Positions 1 through 12,193 are shown, numbered from the whole stretch's first letter. The stretch is 63,517 bases of DNA, filler included, from Folioceros fuciformis (GCA_049999805.1; 21 parts of 21 records of this genome joined end to end with filler, not necessarily neighbours in it); one strand, 5' to 3'. Numbers and translations: made by a program. Notes: generated by a model from the sequence alone, not told the origin.

Positions 1-1669
1 CCCGAGCCGACGCGGCAGTGCTGTCTGGGCATAAAGTACCTGGCACGTGGGCTGGCCGGGTGCACCATGCGGCGTCCACAGGGGCCGTATGCCCGCCTGG
101 CGTCCTACATGGCCCGACTCATGCTCTGCGTGCTGTCCCCATACGCTGAACCTGGCCAGATCCGCACGGACCCGGGCCTGCCTGGCCGCCCAATCATCAC
201 CCACAGCCCCATCCCGAACGCCCCTCCTTCCCATACCGTTAGGGAAGCTGACCTAATCGTAACCGTTCGGCAAACTTTTCATGCAGCCCAGCCCCTTTTC
301 GCGGTACCCGATTTTTTTTCCCTTTTTATGGATTTCGAATTTCTATGTAAATATTTTAATGTACGTGCATTGTATACCGGGCAAACAGGCACAGGGTGAG
401 TGGGCTACGGGGTGAAAAAGTTATCCGTGGGGATCGAAGAATGTAGATGTCTTCAACGGGCGTCCATGACTTGCGTGCATGTGCATCGATGGGCTTCACA
501 ATCCATCTTGTCCCGTGCACGTCAAGGGCAGGATCATGGGGTCGGACACGCTCTCCTCTGCACGGTGTTGTGGGTGGAAGCTCGATTAAGGCACTCCTGT
601 TGCACCCGACGCAGCAAGACTTGTGAGAGCAGAGTAGAGAACACCTGATGCCCAAATACTGTAGCGTTCCACAACGCAGCACGACATGCGGAAGCTACCC
701 AGCAGGGATGGCCGGGAAAGTCTCCCCCACTTATCCAGGCGGCATGGCAGTGTAGAACGATCTGACCTCCACGCTATCCACAAGTCTACAGAAGAGAGAA
801 CAACAGTTTGTGGCCAACACTTGGCCATCACGTGGGAAAGTAAGTGGTGGATTTTTCGGACCTGTTGAAACCCACGTGGTGAAGGTGGAGCCATCTGTTG
901 GAATGACTTAGGAGGTCTCTAGTTGTGGGTCAGCGGGAAGGCGAAATAAGTACCTTTTCAGAACAGGGAGCAGATCCCTGGGCGTGAGACGAGAGGGAAA
1001 AGAAACGGATGCTGCACTTTTTGAGGAGGACGCGGGCGTTGCTTTGGGTCCTGCCTTGGCTTGGCTGCCTAGACTTCAGAATGAGGCACCTTGTGAACTG
1101 TGTTGAACTGTCCTCGTCTCTGCTGGTCAGGATGCAAGTTGATGCAGGGATGGTAGGGATCCTGGACTTGACTTGTATGGAGACACCGTGAGCACCCCCA
1201 GCACATCGCAGGGAGGGCTACCCTTGATCCACTCTCTCATGGGCTGAATTGGGGTGCCATCATTGGGTAGAGTCCAGGAGCCCCTGCTGGTTTGCAACTC
1301 TGCTTCCACTCCCACAGGACCAGGAGTTGCAACACTTGCACCCTCGTGTTGCTCCAAGCTCAATCCGACAACGCAGCCCCGATTCCACCGGATCTGAGCC
1401 GAATTTCAGGTCTGTACCCCGAGTCCTGGTCTCCGTGATCCAGCCAGAACACAACAGAAGCAAAGCCTAGACATGGCAGATGAGACGCTCGGAGTTCTAA
1501 CCGCGCTGCTCCATTCTGGTTCTTTCTGTGATGATGAGATGTGCCAGGATCACCGTCAGCCATCCATGCCCATGTCTCAGTTCGCACAGGAACGAAGTCA
1601 AGCAAGAACATCTGCTAGAAGAAAGAGAGCACCTTTCTCTGGCCTTCACACTTGAGTACTGGCTACTTC

Positions 1670-4063
1670 TTACGGTCGACCCTTACAGCTGCAAGAACCA
1701 GCTGCGAATCGATGTACTCGGTACCCATCCCTTACAACAATATTTCTCTGTTCAAGCCTTGACATTATCTCCGTGGAACTGTGGCAGTCACTGCACATGC
1801 GTAGGTTCTTCGTCACCACCAGAGGTGTCCCACTCGGAGTGTTCAAGAGACCGAACGCCAGAGCTAGCTTCTCAGCATGCCCACAAAGCACATCCTCTTT
1901 TTCCTTCTCACACACTCGCTTCAACACCAAATTTGTGTGTGGCACGTGGCCCCCTTCCAGCTTCAGACGTGCATTCATGCTCTCCAACTTGACTGCAATA
2001 TCATCTCTGTTTTCTCCCACCACAAAAGAGTGTACCGCCTTATTCACCTCAACCGTCGCCACTGCAGGCTTTTTGTTAGCTCCAGCTACCCTCCTCTGTG
2101 TTTCAACCCTGTCTACGTCGGTCCACCTACCTGCATCGGCATAGGCATTGGCCATGAGGACATAGGCTGGAGCCGCCTTCGGATCCAGCCTAACAATGCT
2201 TTCAAAACACGACATCGCCCTTTCAAGGTCCCCGTGACTTTTGGAGGCTGTCAACAAAGATGTCAAGCCCACAACATCACTTTGGACCTCACAAGATAAT
2301 AGCAGCTTCTCTGCGTCGTCTAAATGGCCAGCACGCCCAAGAAGATCAATCATGCAGGTGTAATGCTCAATAGTAGGTTTGATGCCATGCTGTTCAGCCA
2401 TGGAATTGAAGTGCTTGAAACCCTCGTCGACCAGCCCCTCATGACTGCATGCTGCTAGAAGGCAAGTGAAAGTAGCATCATTGGGCTGAATACCGGCAGC
2501 CAGCATATCCTGAAAACAAGCTAGTGCCTTGCGACCTTCACCACAATCGCCATACCCAGATAACATGGCGGTCCACGTCACCACGTTCTTCGTTTTCATG
2601 CCGTCAAAAACCTGGCTTGCAGCTTCCAGTTCACCACATTTTGCATACATGTCCACCAGGCAGGTGCTCACCACAACGTTATCCAGCAGTCCTCTTTCGA
2701 CGATTTGTGAGTGCAGCTGTCTGCCCCTCTGTAAGGCACCAGTGCTTGCACAGGCCTTCACAAGGCAAGCAAAAGTCACATGGTTCGCCAAAACCAGGCC
2801 CGACTCTTCCATCTGTGCATACAACAGCAGAGCCTCTTGGCCGAGTCCTTGCTGCGCATACCCAGCTATAAGGGAGGTCCATGTCACCACATCCTTTGTG
2901 GTCATGCTGGCAAAGGCCTCCCGCGCTTCTTCCAGTTCCCCACATTTTGCGTACCCAGCAATCAGGGCATTCCAAGTCACTACATCCTTTGTGGCCATGC
3001 CATCAAAAACCTGACGAGCATCTGCCATTTCGCCACATTTTGCATACATGTCCAACAGGCAATTGCCAACAAACAAGTTAGTGGGAATGCCACTATACAA
3101 CACATCACTGTGCACTTTTCTGCCGGATTCCAAATCGGCAGCAAATGCACAAGCTTGTAGGGCAGCCACAAAGACGTGGCCATTCGCCTTCACTCCTGAC
3201 CTACGCATGTCATGATACAGTTGTATGGCCTCATTATGTTTCCCATGATTAACATATGCAAAGATAATGGAACCCCACGTTTTAACATCCGGTTTGCCAA
3301 CCCTTCTGAACACATCCATGGCCTCCTTAAGGCTACCGCCACAAGCATACATGCGCAGGATATGGTTCCCCAAGTATGAATTCAACTCGTACCCAAGTTT
3401 GACAGTAAGATGATGAACTCGACGCCCCACAACCAAGTCCTTTCCAGCTGTACACAGTTTCAGCACAGTGCAAAACAGAGATTGAGAAACAGCAGAATCT
3501 GTCTGCACCAGACATTCCAGAGCTCCAACGGCCTCAGAGAGCTTCCCCTGCTGACACAACATGCTCACGGTCACAGCCGTAACGACGCCCATTCCCAAAC
3601 CTCCATGCCTCCCAGGTTCAGCCTCCTCCGGAAAGCCCGACTCGGAAGAAGAAGCACCATGACCCATCTGCATATCCAAAAAAACGAGCTGCTCATCAAC
3701 CCCAGCTGGCTTGAACATGCTATTCAACCACAGCACCTCGCCGGACCCCTTCCGCCGGAAATCAGGCCAATGCGAGCTCTTCTTATCTCGCCTATTATCC
3801 GACCACATTGTAGGATCCCGAAGAAATTGTTGCCACAGGTTCTCCTGCGCCTGGCGCCACCCATCTCTGGAAAATCCATCCGCACTCACACTTGTTCTCG
3901 GAAGCGGAGTTGCTGGGCTCCTTCCACTGCCCCGCCTGGAGGCATGGTTGTTTGCTGTGGCTGGACTCCCTGAAACGAGGTGACCGGGAGCCTCTCGTAG
4001 AATCCCTGTGCCCACACCAATTCGCCGGGTCCATAACGGGTCCGGTTGCCCTACTGAAGCCAT
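1670..4063 (-). CDS. PLS-class PPR protein with N-terminal OSB-like PDF motif, 12 PPR motifs, E1, E2 and DYW:KP (GRP-terminal) deaminase-like domain; putative organellar U-to-C RNA editing factor
   Basis: Intronless ORF (842 aa from 4198; MASVGQ at 4063 taken as the likelier start). Motifs parse as L-S-P-L-S-SS-P-L-S-P2-L2-S2-E1-E2. KKPAVATVEV replaces the PG box, then HAEKLALAFGLL, KNLRMCSDCH and C-terminal CSCKGRP. Confidence 0.95.
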   Translation of the reverse strand: MASVGQPDPLWTRRIGVGTGILREAPGHLVSGSPATANNHASRRGSGRSPATPLPRTSVSADGFSRDGWRQAQENLWQQFLRDPTMWSDNRRDKKSSHWPDFRRKGSGEVLWLNSMFKPAGVDEQLVFLDMQMGHGASSSESGFPEEAEPGRHGGLGMGVVTAVTVSMLCQQGKLSEAVGALECLVQTDSAVSQSLFCTVLKLCTAGKDLVVGRRVHHLTVKLGYELNSYLGNHILRMYACGGSLKEAMDVFRRVGKPDVKTWGSIIFAYVNHGKHNEAIQLYHDMRRSGVKANGHVFVAALQACAFAADLESGRKVHSDVLYSGIPTNLFVGNCLLDMYAKCGEMADARQVFDGMATKDVVTWNALIAGYAKCGELEEAREAFASMTTKDVVTWTSLIAGYAQQGLGQEALLLYAQMEESGLVLANHVTFACLVKACASTGALQRGRQLHSQIVERGLLDNVVVSTCLVDMYAKCGELEAASQVFDGMKTKNVVTWTAMLSGYGDCGEGRKALACFQDMLAAGIQPNDATFTCLLAACSHEGLVDEGFKHFNSMAEQHGIKPTIEHYTCMIDLLGRAGHLDDAEKLLLSCEVQSDVVGLTSLLTASKSHGDLERAMSCFESIVRLDPKAAPAYVLMANAYADAGRWTDVDRVETQRRVAGANKKPAVATVEVNKAVHSFVVGENRDDIAVKLESMNARLKLEGGHVPHTNLVLKRVCEKEKEDVLCGHAEKLALAFGLLNTPSGTPLVVTKNLRMCSDCHSSTEIMSRLEQRNIVVRDGYRVHRFAAGSCSCKGRP

Positions 4064-4614
4064 CGTGCAGGGACCGCGGTCGGCTTGCAAGCCAAATTCA
4101 AGCTTTGAGCAGGCATGCTCTTCAGCATATGAGGTAGGGGATATCTGCCTGAGCAGATTGATTGACAACCTAAACCCAGGTAGATACGTGTCATACATAT
4201 AGGATGAATGTGGAGGAGAATCAACATGAAGGAAGAGACATTTTCATGTGTCAAAAGATCAGACCCAACCTACGAGTTGCTCAACACCAGGAGGGCCAGT
4301 TTACAGGGTTTCAAGGAAGCATGTTCCATTGCAACGGGTGGGCTTGAAACTTGTTGGAGAGCAACAGGTTTAGTGCAAACCTGTTGTATGGCTCCGCGCG
4401 CGTAAATTAGCCGTTCGTTGGACTGTAACACGTGGTCAAAGTATCTTCTTCTTGCCGCAAAGGGCCCAACTGCCATCGGTCTCCATTGGAAACCGATGGC
4501 CCGTGTTTCGTGTTGTCGAGCGATGGCCCGCATCCCCACGGAACGACGGCTGTTCCGCAAGGGCTCGACGGCCCCCAGCCTCAGCTCTGGTAGAGCCCCA
4601 TGGACAATCGACCA

Positions 4615-4714
4615 NNNNNNNNNNNNNNNNNNNNNNNNNNNNNNNNNNNNNNNNNNNNTTAATTAATTAANNNNNNNNNNNNNNNNNNNNNNNNNNNNNN
4701 NNNNNNNNNNNNNN
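4615..4714. other. Artificial contig spacer (first of 20)
   Basis: 100 bp of Ns with a central TTAATTAATTAA (stops in all six frames), repeated identically through the window. Confidence 0.98.
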
Positions 4715-5290
4715 GAGAATTCTAAGACCTTCTTATGGTGGGATCTCTATCATTTGGAAGCTGGGATTTTGGGTACTTTGGCTTCCTGGTATGTCCAAGG
4801 ATCAGGGCCTGTCACTATAAGTGGAAGTGGAAGTGGTACCACTAGCATTCAAGCTCTATGCAATGCCATTGTATCGTATAATTGGAATGTTGCCATATAT
4901 CATGGAACCAGTTCAAGCGGTTCCAATGGTTCAATCGGTTCAACTGGTTCAAGCAATTCCAACAGTTCAAGCGGCGATGGAAGCATCCCAGCACTACCAC
5001 CTACACTACCAACACCAACAACACCAACACCAGCACCAACAAGCGTGGATGAATCGGCACCAACACCCGCACCGACCACAATAGATGAACCCACACCCGC
5101 ACCAGTTGAGGAACCGAGCACCCCGTACGATAGCCCCGTGCCAAGCGATGCCTCTCCTTCTGCACCTGAGCCTTATCAATGTGATACTCCTTCGTCCGAT
5201 TACTACTACTATTCAAGTCCGATCTCTTCACCTTCGAGTGGTTGTAGCGAGGAAACGATTGTGAATGGAAATAAGGGAGTGGTTGGTTAG
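4715..5290 (+). CDS. 3' part of a GDSL/SGNH-like esterase with Ser/Gly then Pro/Thr-rich C-terminal tail (5' truncated by contig edge)
   Basis: Frame is open from the contig edge: NSKTFLWWDLYHL resembles SGNH block V (FWDxxH). It is followed by SSSGSNGS and PTPAP repeats. Confidence 0.5.
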   Translation, partial: ENSKTFLWWDLYHLEAGILGTLASWYVQGSGPVTISGSGSGTTSIQALCNAIVSYNWNVAIYHGTSSSGSNGSIGSTGSSNSNSSSGDGSIPALPPTLPTPTTPTPAPTSVDESAPTPAPTTIDEPTPAPVEEPSTPYDSPVPSDASPSAPEPYQCDTPSSDYYYYSSPISSPSSGCSEETIVNGNKGVVG

Positions 5291-6279
5291 CTTAATATAG
5301 CATCATTAGTAGTTAGGGGATGAGTAGAAAGGGATCAAAAAAATTAGTGTAGGTGGAAAGAGAGAGGGAGAGAAAATTAGTGTAGGGGTAGGTAGAAAGG
5401 GATTTCTTTACTAAAAGGGAAAGGAGGTTGTCTTCGTTTTCTTTTTTTAATAAAAATCCTGAAATTTTGAAATAAATATGAAAACAATTGTGATAACCAC
5501 TTTTCATGGACTAAGCATCGACCCTGATTATGTAGTTGAAAACAAAATAGTACAGAGTGCTAAGATGAGTAGCATGATTTCTGAAGACCGAATCATTGGG
5601 AGGAAAGTGTGTATCATAAGTTGTGGGGGTGCAAACTATGCCCGCACATCTCTAAACTTGTGTGTAAGGTAAGATGGGATAAAGTGAGGTAGGAGCATAA
5701 TTGCATCCTCTTAGCCTGAGGTTTTGTAACATTTTCATTTTTGGCTGTGGCATATTACACCATTGAGGACTCGCGTTACAAGTTCACGGCCTGGCCCTCC
5801 CGTTGCCNNNNNNNNNNNNNNNNNNNNNNNNNNNNNNNNNNNNNNNNNNNNTTAATTAATTAANNNNNNNNNNNNNNNNNNNNNNNNNNNNNNNNNNNNN
5901 NNNNNNNGACTTGGCCGAATTTTTCTCTCATCTCCTTAGCAGCTAACACACTTTCTCCGCCTCTCCATCTCCGTTCTCCACTAAGAAGAACATACATACC
6001 TCTACTCTTTCAGATGGAAAGAGAAGTTCATGTAATTTACTTCTTGTTGAGCAAAGTATTTTAAGAAGTGAAAAAGACTTACTAATGGACCTTTACCCAT
6101 TGAGGCAAAGATACATTGTTCTTAGTTTCATGGTACATTGAGTCCCTCTAGATGGAGGGACAAAAAGTTACAAATGTATACAACAACCTATTTTGCTACA
6201 AACCACAACGCATTTTGCTTACAAGCAAATGTAAACAACAACCCATTTTATTGCAAAGCACATCCATTTTTTTTTGCTA

Positions 6280-9200
6280 TCAGCGACCGCTCATTGAGTT
6301 TGCTGATACTGAAAGTGGCAACCTTACAACATGACCTTTATCACTGGTCCATGTCAAAGATCCAAATGCAAAGGCTTGGTTGGGATATATAGTTTTCAAG
6401 GTTACAGTGAAGGTCAAAGTCCTCCTTTTCTTGATCACAAATGAAGAAGGTCTTACAGTCACTTCAACTCCACTTGGTGCTACCACAAATGCAGTGTAAG
6501 TTTCTTTGCTGCAAACAATGCTCCAACATTTGATGTTAGTGAAAGTGTATGCATAGGGACGCATGCATTTTTATAAACCTTAATGATATGTGCTTTGCTT
6601 ACCTATGACTGCCTACATTTGTCACCACTCTTTTCACTCTCCGAGTTCCTATAAGGTTTGCTATTGTAATGGACGGAGTATTAAGGTCTGATGTGCGGGC
6701 ACCATCTCTAGTTTCACACACTGCACTTGTTGCATCTTGTACTGAATTTGCATCCGCCCCCGGCAGCGTGCATAAGAAATTTATGTAGTCTTGGAAATCT
6801 ACAATGTCATTACAACTTGTGCAGTTTAATGCCTGATATGATCATACAAAGAACATGAAATATGTGACACTAGGAGAAACCTGAAACAAAGACTAGTCCA
6901 GGATCAAAGGCTGCACTTGCATTCACAGCACCGCTTCCCAAATCAAATGGTGATGCAACACCAATCAAAGAGGAGGTGTTCCCCTCCGGTTTTTGAGCTT
7001 TGATGGGACTAAACTTGTTATCTACAGATATGGCCGTAGTCTGTATTGCAGAGTGGATTGCAGAAACCGTCCACTTTGGATATTTTTGTCTTAAGAGAGC
7101 TGCTAATCCAGCAATATGAGGTGCGGCCATACTTGTACCAGATAGTAGAGCAAACTTTTGGCCTTCAAGTGTTCATAACCAAGTTAGTAAAACAAGTGTG
7201 AAAGAATCATGCTTGCAAAAAATAATTTGTTACAAAGTAAATAGCAATACCTGTAAAACCTCCCACATCAGTGCCAATTGGACTCCAAGCTGCCCATATT
7301 TCAAATCCAGGTGCGAGGATATCAGGCTTTAGCACATCACCAACAGTTGAGGTGATTGTGTTTGCATACACAGGCCCTCTTGAAGAGAATGCTACAACTT
7401 GAGGAGCCTCTAAAGAATATGAAGCATTGCGTGAATCCTTCAGTTTCCCTTTCGCTCCAAAAACAATAGCACCCCCTTTTGAATTATCCTTTATTGTGGC
7501 TTTGTTGTAATAGTCAAGGATAATCTGAAATGTAAGCACAAAGTTGATACAATGTTTCATGTGATTTGTATCTCAACACTTACAAATTAAACCCAACACA
7601 ATAGTACCTTTGAAAGATTCGAGTCAATAATGAATGTTGTTGGAAACGATAATGGTGTTGGATCAAACGATATAGCATGTTCCCGTGGAACATCAGAGGA
7701 AGGTTGTGCTAAGATAATAAGCCCTATTGCGCTTGTATTTTTGGCAGTTGCAATAGCATTATTCACTTGAGTTGATACAGCTCCAGAAAAGTAGTCCACA
7801 AAATTACATATCAAAATCTTTCCTTCTACCTTGGAACGATTAAAAGGTGAAGAATCTTGGCAGTATGAAAAATATTCATAGTCATATATGCTAGTGTTAT
7901 CAGTAAAAGCGTCTTCAGCATATATCAAAGAATGAAACTCATCTCCCGTCGTTCCTCCTATATGATGTGCATGTCTTGGTAAAAAACACGTAATATAAAA
8001 CTTACCTCAAAATATTTATATCTACAAATAAAGAATAATTGAATTTTGTTTTTGCCTACCTGAAAGTCCGCATCCATTAACTTCTTGCCCATTTCCAAGA
8101 ACTACAGGATTCAAATAAACTCTATCTGTAGTCCCTGCTGCAACCGAGATCAACCAAGGGCCATAGGAATTCATGGTCATAGGGAAAGGACCATTGTTTC
8201 CAGCTGCATGGACGACTGTAACTCCTGCTTTAACAGCAAATAGCAAAGCAATGTCGAATGAATTGAGGCATGCAATTCCATAAGCTCCTGTGGTGGCTCC
8301 TAATGATATGCTTAATACGTCCACTCCATCTTGAATAGCCTAATGCAAAATAGATATCTAGTAACCATTCTTTCTTTTGAAGATATGAAAATGTCCAATC
8401 TAAACATGACAACTCTCAATACCTGGTCAATGCCTGCAAGAACATCTGAAAGAAAGCCACCATCTCTGTAGATGACTTTGTAGATCGCCAATCTGGAACA
8501 AAAATCAATCACATCATCTCAACCCAACATGTAGAGTTATCTTATCACAAAACCCAAAACACTGAAGTACTTTGTAACCTTGCACGTGGAGCAACTCCAC
8601 TTGCCCAACCATATTGAAATCCACCAACATGGACTGGGACTCCATTATTTCCAGCTGCTGTTCCCGCAGTATGTCTGTTCAAAATACATGTTAGTGATTA
8701 ATCTTGGGTGTGTGTGTGCAGATACAATCCATGTTTGAACATTAAGCTACATGGATGCTATGAAATTTGGAATAGACTGTGTGTGACTCACGTTCCATGA
8801 CCATCTCCATCTAATGGTGAGTTGAAGTCGTAGCTGGCATTAAATATATTGGCAGCTATAATACCTTTGGAAAAATGCCTTGCAGCCACTATCTTTCCAT
8901 TGCATACCCCTTTGGGAAAGTCACCTAGGTTCACTTCACATTGTGAAGAGTTCATCGAGGGCCATTGTTTTAAAGGCTTATACGGATGTGAGGGCTTATT
9001 AGCAAAACTATGATGATAAGGAAAGATTCCTGTATCTAAAAACCCAATAACTACATTCTCTCCTGCACGCTGGATTCCTCCAACATTTTGCCATCCTGTA
9101 GCAAGTCCTAGAAATTCTGGAGTATGAGTTGTGGATTTCTGAAAGATCACTTCTTGTTCAGTTGAAACAACTTGAGGATGTTGTGCTATAGTTTCAATCT

Positions 9201-9455
9201 GAAAAGATAATGGTAATCCCCATGAGACAACAAGTTAGCTGCTACAAATGATCCAATACTTCATTTTTATTCTTACATGAGCTCAGGTGAAGATGTATGT
9301 ATTTACTTGTAGAGAATCTTGAAGCTTGACTGCAAAAGCATTCAAAATGTTGGTATAGCTGTAGAGGATTTCATAGCTACTTGGTTCAAAGAGAGATGCT
9401 GAAAGTTGAACATGTGAGACCCTCAGCTGATTGCTATACTCTAATAAAGATTCAC
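6280..9455 (-). CDS. Subtilisin-like serine protease (SBT2-type), multi-exon, 5' end truncated
   Basis: I9 prodomain exon (ILYSYTNILNAFAV, 9307-9455), TTHTPEFLGL, catalytic D (GFLDTG), H (DGHGT/HTAGTAAG), KPDILAPG, catalytic S (GTSMAAPH), Fn3-like tail ending at 6280. Short GT-AG introns. Confidence 0.93.
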
Positions 9456-9561
9456 TGCACANNNNNNNNNNNNNNNNNNNNNNNNNNNNNNNNNNNNNNN
9501 NNNNNTTAATTAATTAANNNNNNNNNNNNNNNNNNNNNNNNNNNNNNNNNNNNNNNNNNNN

Positions 9562-10680
9562 CAAGTTCGACCCCAAGTCCACCAACTGCATATTCATCGG
9601 CTTTACAACGGGTGTAAAAGGTTATAAGTTGCTGGACCGGCGGACTTGCCGTGTTACCCACTCACGAGATGTTGTGTTCTTGGAGGGTGTCGAGTCTGAC
9701 CATCCAGTGGGAGCTTTTTCCCCTGGTGATTTTGAGGCCGACTCCGCAAAAGAGGAGGAGGAGATCATGGTGGGAACAATCCCAGTTCCTCTTCCTGCTG
9801 TGCCTGTGCATGTACCAAGCCCACAAGTTGTTGCACAGTCACCTCAAGTGCATACACCTATTAGAACGCCTTGCATTGCGAATAGTAGCAGAGACATAGA
9901 TGACTCACCGTCTTATAGTCTCTCTTATGATGAGCCTGAGCCTGTCATTCCCTCTGCACCAGAAGCAGGCCAACATCAAAGGAACAACAATCATGCTCAA
10001 AATGAGCCTCGACGCTCTGAGAGAGTACGTCAACCACCTTCATACCTTCAGTCATATGTTCCTGGTGACTTCAGGCGCCAAAATCACATCTGACTTATTG
10101 CTTGGCTGCATATACTATTTTGTATGAGCCACCCACGTATGAAGCAACACTGAGCTGCCCAAATGCCAAGCATTGGCATGCAACCATTCAATCTGAACTG
10201 GCTTCATTGCTTCCTGCTACTCCATGAGATGGCACCTCCTGCTAGAATTGTGACGTAGCTAGAAATGCTCTTACGGCTGTCTGGGTCGCCTGCCTAGTCA
10301 GCGTCACTATAAGCTTGCAGGTGCAGCGCCTTCTTTACCTTTGCACTGTACAGGATTCCCCAAGTTGCAATTCCAGAAATATATTGGAGGACCCTTGTCA
10401 TTAGGTCTTCGTGAGATTTGTTGGGGTGAGAGACAAACCTTGAAGTAAGTCCCGAGCTGAAGGCAAGATCAAGCCTGCTACCTATCATTAGATGCATCAC
10501 ACTTCCATTCTTCGATGGGTACAGATCATCATGTGGCATCTCTCGTTCAAGTATTTCTCCCACTTGCTGGGTATATCTAGCATTCTGCTCTACAAGTGTT
10601 GCAGCAAGTTTGCATTCTAACATGCCAAACCTGTCGAGTATTTGCAGGGCATACTTATGCTGGTGAAGAAATATGGTGCC
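9562..10680. mobile_element. Ty1/copia pol fragments: integrase-RT linker (+) joined to inverted RT/RNase H piece (-)
   Basis: +: KFDPKSTNCIFIGF...SRDVVFLE...RRSERVR. -: SRLDLAFSSG...AYSDAD...AISWSSRKQ from about 10210-10680. Same family as the 44021-49886 element. Confidence 0.85.
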
Positions 10681-10681
10681 C

Positions 10682-11418
10682 TAGTTAGAAAATAAGGTAG
10701 ACCACGTGGTTCTGAATCATGTTGGTTAGTCTAACTGGACCTAGTTATAAGTGTAGTTAGTTAACTGGCAGGCTAGTTATAGGACGCACCCCTTCGTAAA
10801 CCACTATTTAAGGCCTACCTTTGTATCCACCTATTCAGTTGCTAATAGATCATCTTCGATGCATCTGCTTCCGCGTTAGCAATTCTAACTTGGTATCAAA
10901 GCTACGGCTCACATGGTTATTGATCATGGCTAGAAAGATGATGTTGAGTTTGCGCAAGATCTCTGGGGAGATCTGCGTAAGATGGGGAGATCTCTGGATC
11001 TCTTAGGATGTTTAATAGAAAGTTGCTTCTAATTAAATCTGCAGATCAATAGGTTTAGATTAGAGTAGCAAGCTTCTCTATACATTCTACTTTCAGAATA
11101 GAACGTTCTGATATAAAAATCCACGAAAATGATACCGTTGATTGATCCCCCACCTCAGTAATGATCCTACCCCTGGGCGCTTAACTTCAGAGTTTTGATG
11201 TGGAGCAGGTTTCTTACCCTGCTCATACCTCAACAAGTTATACATCTGGTTTGGTATAAAGATATGAAGAGGCAAACGCCGTAAAAATGACTTTAATTTT
11301 CGCGGAGAGGCTCGCGGCCTCTCTCTCTTCGCGCTTCGTTCACATGCGCGACGCGAGACAATTGTCTCGGGGGCAATTCTTCTCAATCTCTCCAATTAGA
11401 TCACCATGGCAAGAACTC
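10682..11418 (+). mobile_element. LTR + PBS + 5' leader of an LTR retrotransposon
   Basis: PBS-like TGGTATCAAAGC at 10891, preceded by ~200 bp AT-rich LTR-like sequence. The LTR start is approximate. Confidence 0.6.
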
Positions 11419-11683
11419 NNNNNNNNNNNNNNNNNNNNNNNNNNNNNNNNNNNNNNNNNNNNTTAATTAATTAANNNNNNNNNNNNNNNNNNNNNNNNNN
11501 NNNNNNNNNNNNNNNNNNGAAAGTAGTATTGAATGCTTCCTACTTGAAATGAGTTCATATTCAAAAATTCCACTCAAGCTTGAATCCTTCATGCAAATTG
11601 ACTTGTTCATGTGAACCGGAAAAAAGTATGACAGATCCAGCCGAAAACATGCTTGGAAAACTCAGAACGTAAGATTTATGCAC

Positions 11684-12104
11684 CTTAATAAAATCTGCCA
11701 CCGCTTGGCTTCTCACCTCGAAAGGCTGTATTAAATGAGCCAGCTGCAAAGTCAACAAAAGAAGGGTGAAGAATTTCACAATACATAAGGCAAGGATTCA
11801 GCGGACAACAAATATTTATGAAACACACCTACCTTCTTCTTCGTGAGCATGGGACCACTACAAATGCCAATTACAATCCGTTTCGTGGCGAGATCAGCAG
11901 CTGCCTAGTGACAGTAGCGCACTGAAACAAAATCAAGTCCTAGATCCAGACAGTCGCATCACAGCAAGAGAACTTGATTACTTGAGCAAAACAAGGATAC
12001 CCTAAACCAGAAAAAACCTGCAACAGAACTTTGTGGCCTGAGTGCAGGCGGTCGAAGGTACCTCCAAGTACCACAGCATCATAGGTATTAGCCATATGCA
12101 CTGC
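11684..12104 (-). CDS. COAD: Phosphopantetheine adenylyltransferase, three internal exons (12104-12018, 11904-11833, 11743-11684)
   Basis: VVLGGTFDRLHSGHKVLL (HxGH), AAADLATKRIVIGICSGPMLTKKK and LAHLIQPFEVRSQAVADFIK, each bounded by AG/GT and in phase. The first exon (about 12830-13095) is not resolved. Confidence 0.9.
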
Positions 12105-12193
12105 CTGCAAGCCATGATGCATTCAGAGGAATTTACAAGTCAGGCAAAAACGTGCCGCAAGAGGGATCCTATCAAACGAACAATCCTGCTTAC

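Noticed and set aside
1773-3983. Numerous plus-strand ORFs
   Set aside because: Antisense shadows of the PPR gene.
4362-4386. 10-bp perfect hairpin CAACAGGTTT-N5-AAACCTGTTG upstream of the PPR gene
   Set aside because: Too short to assign a function.
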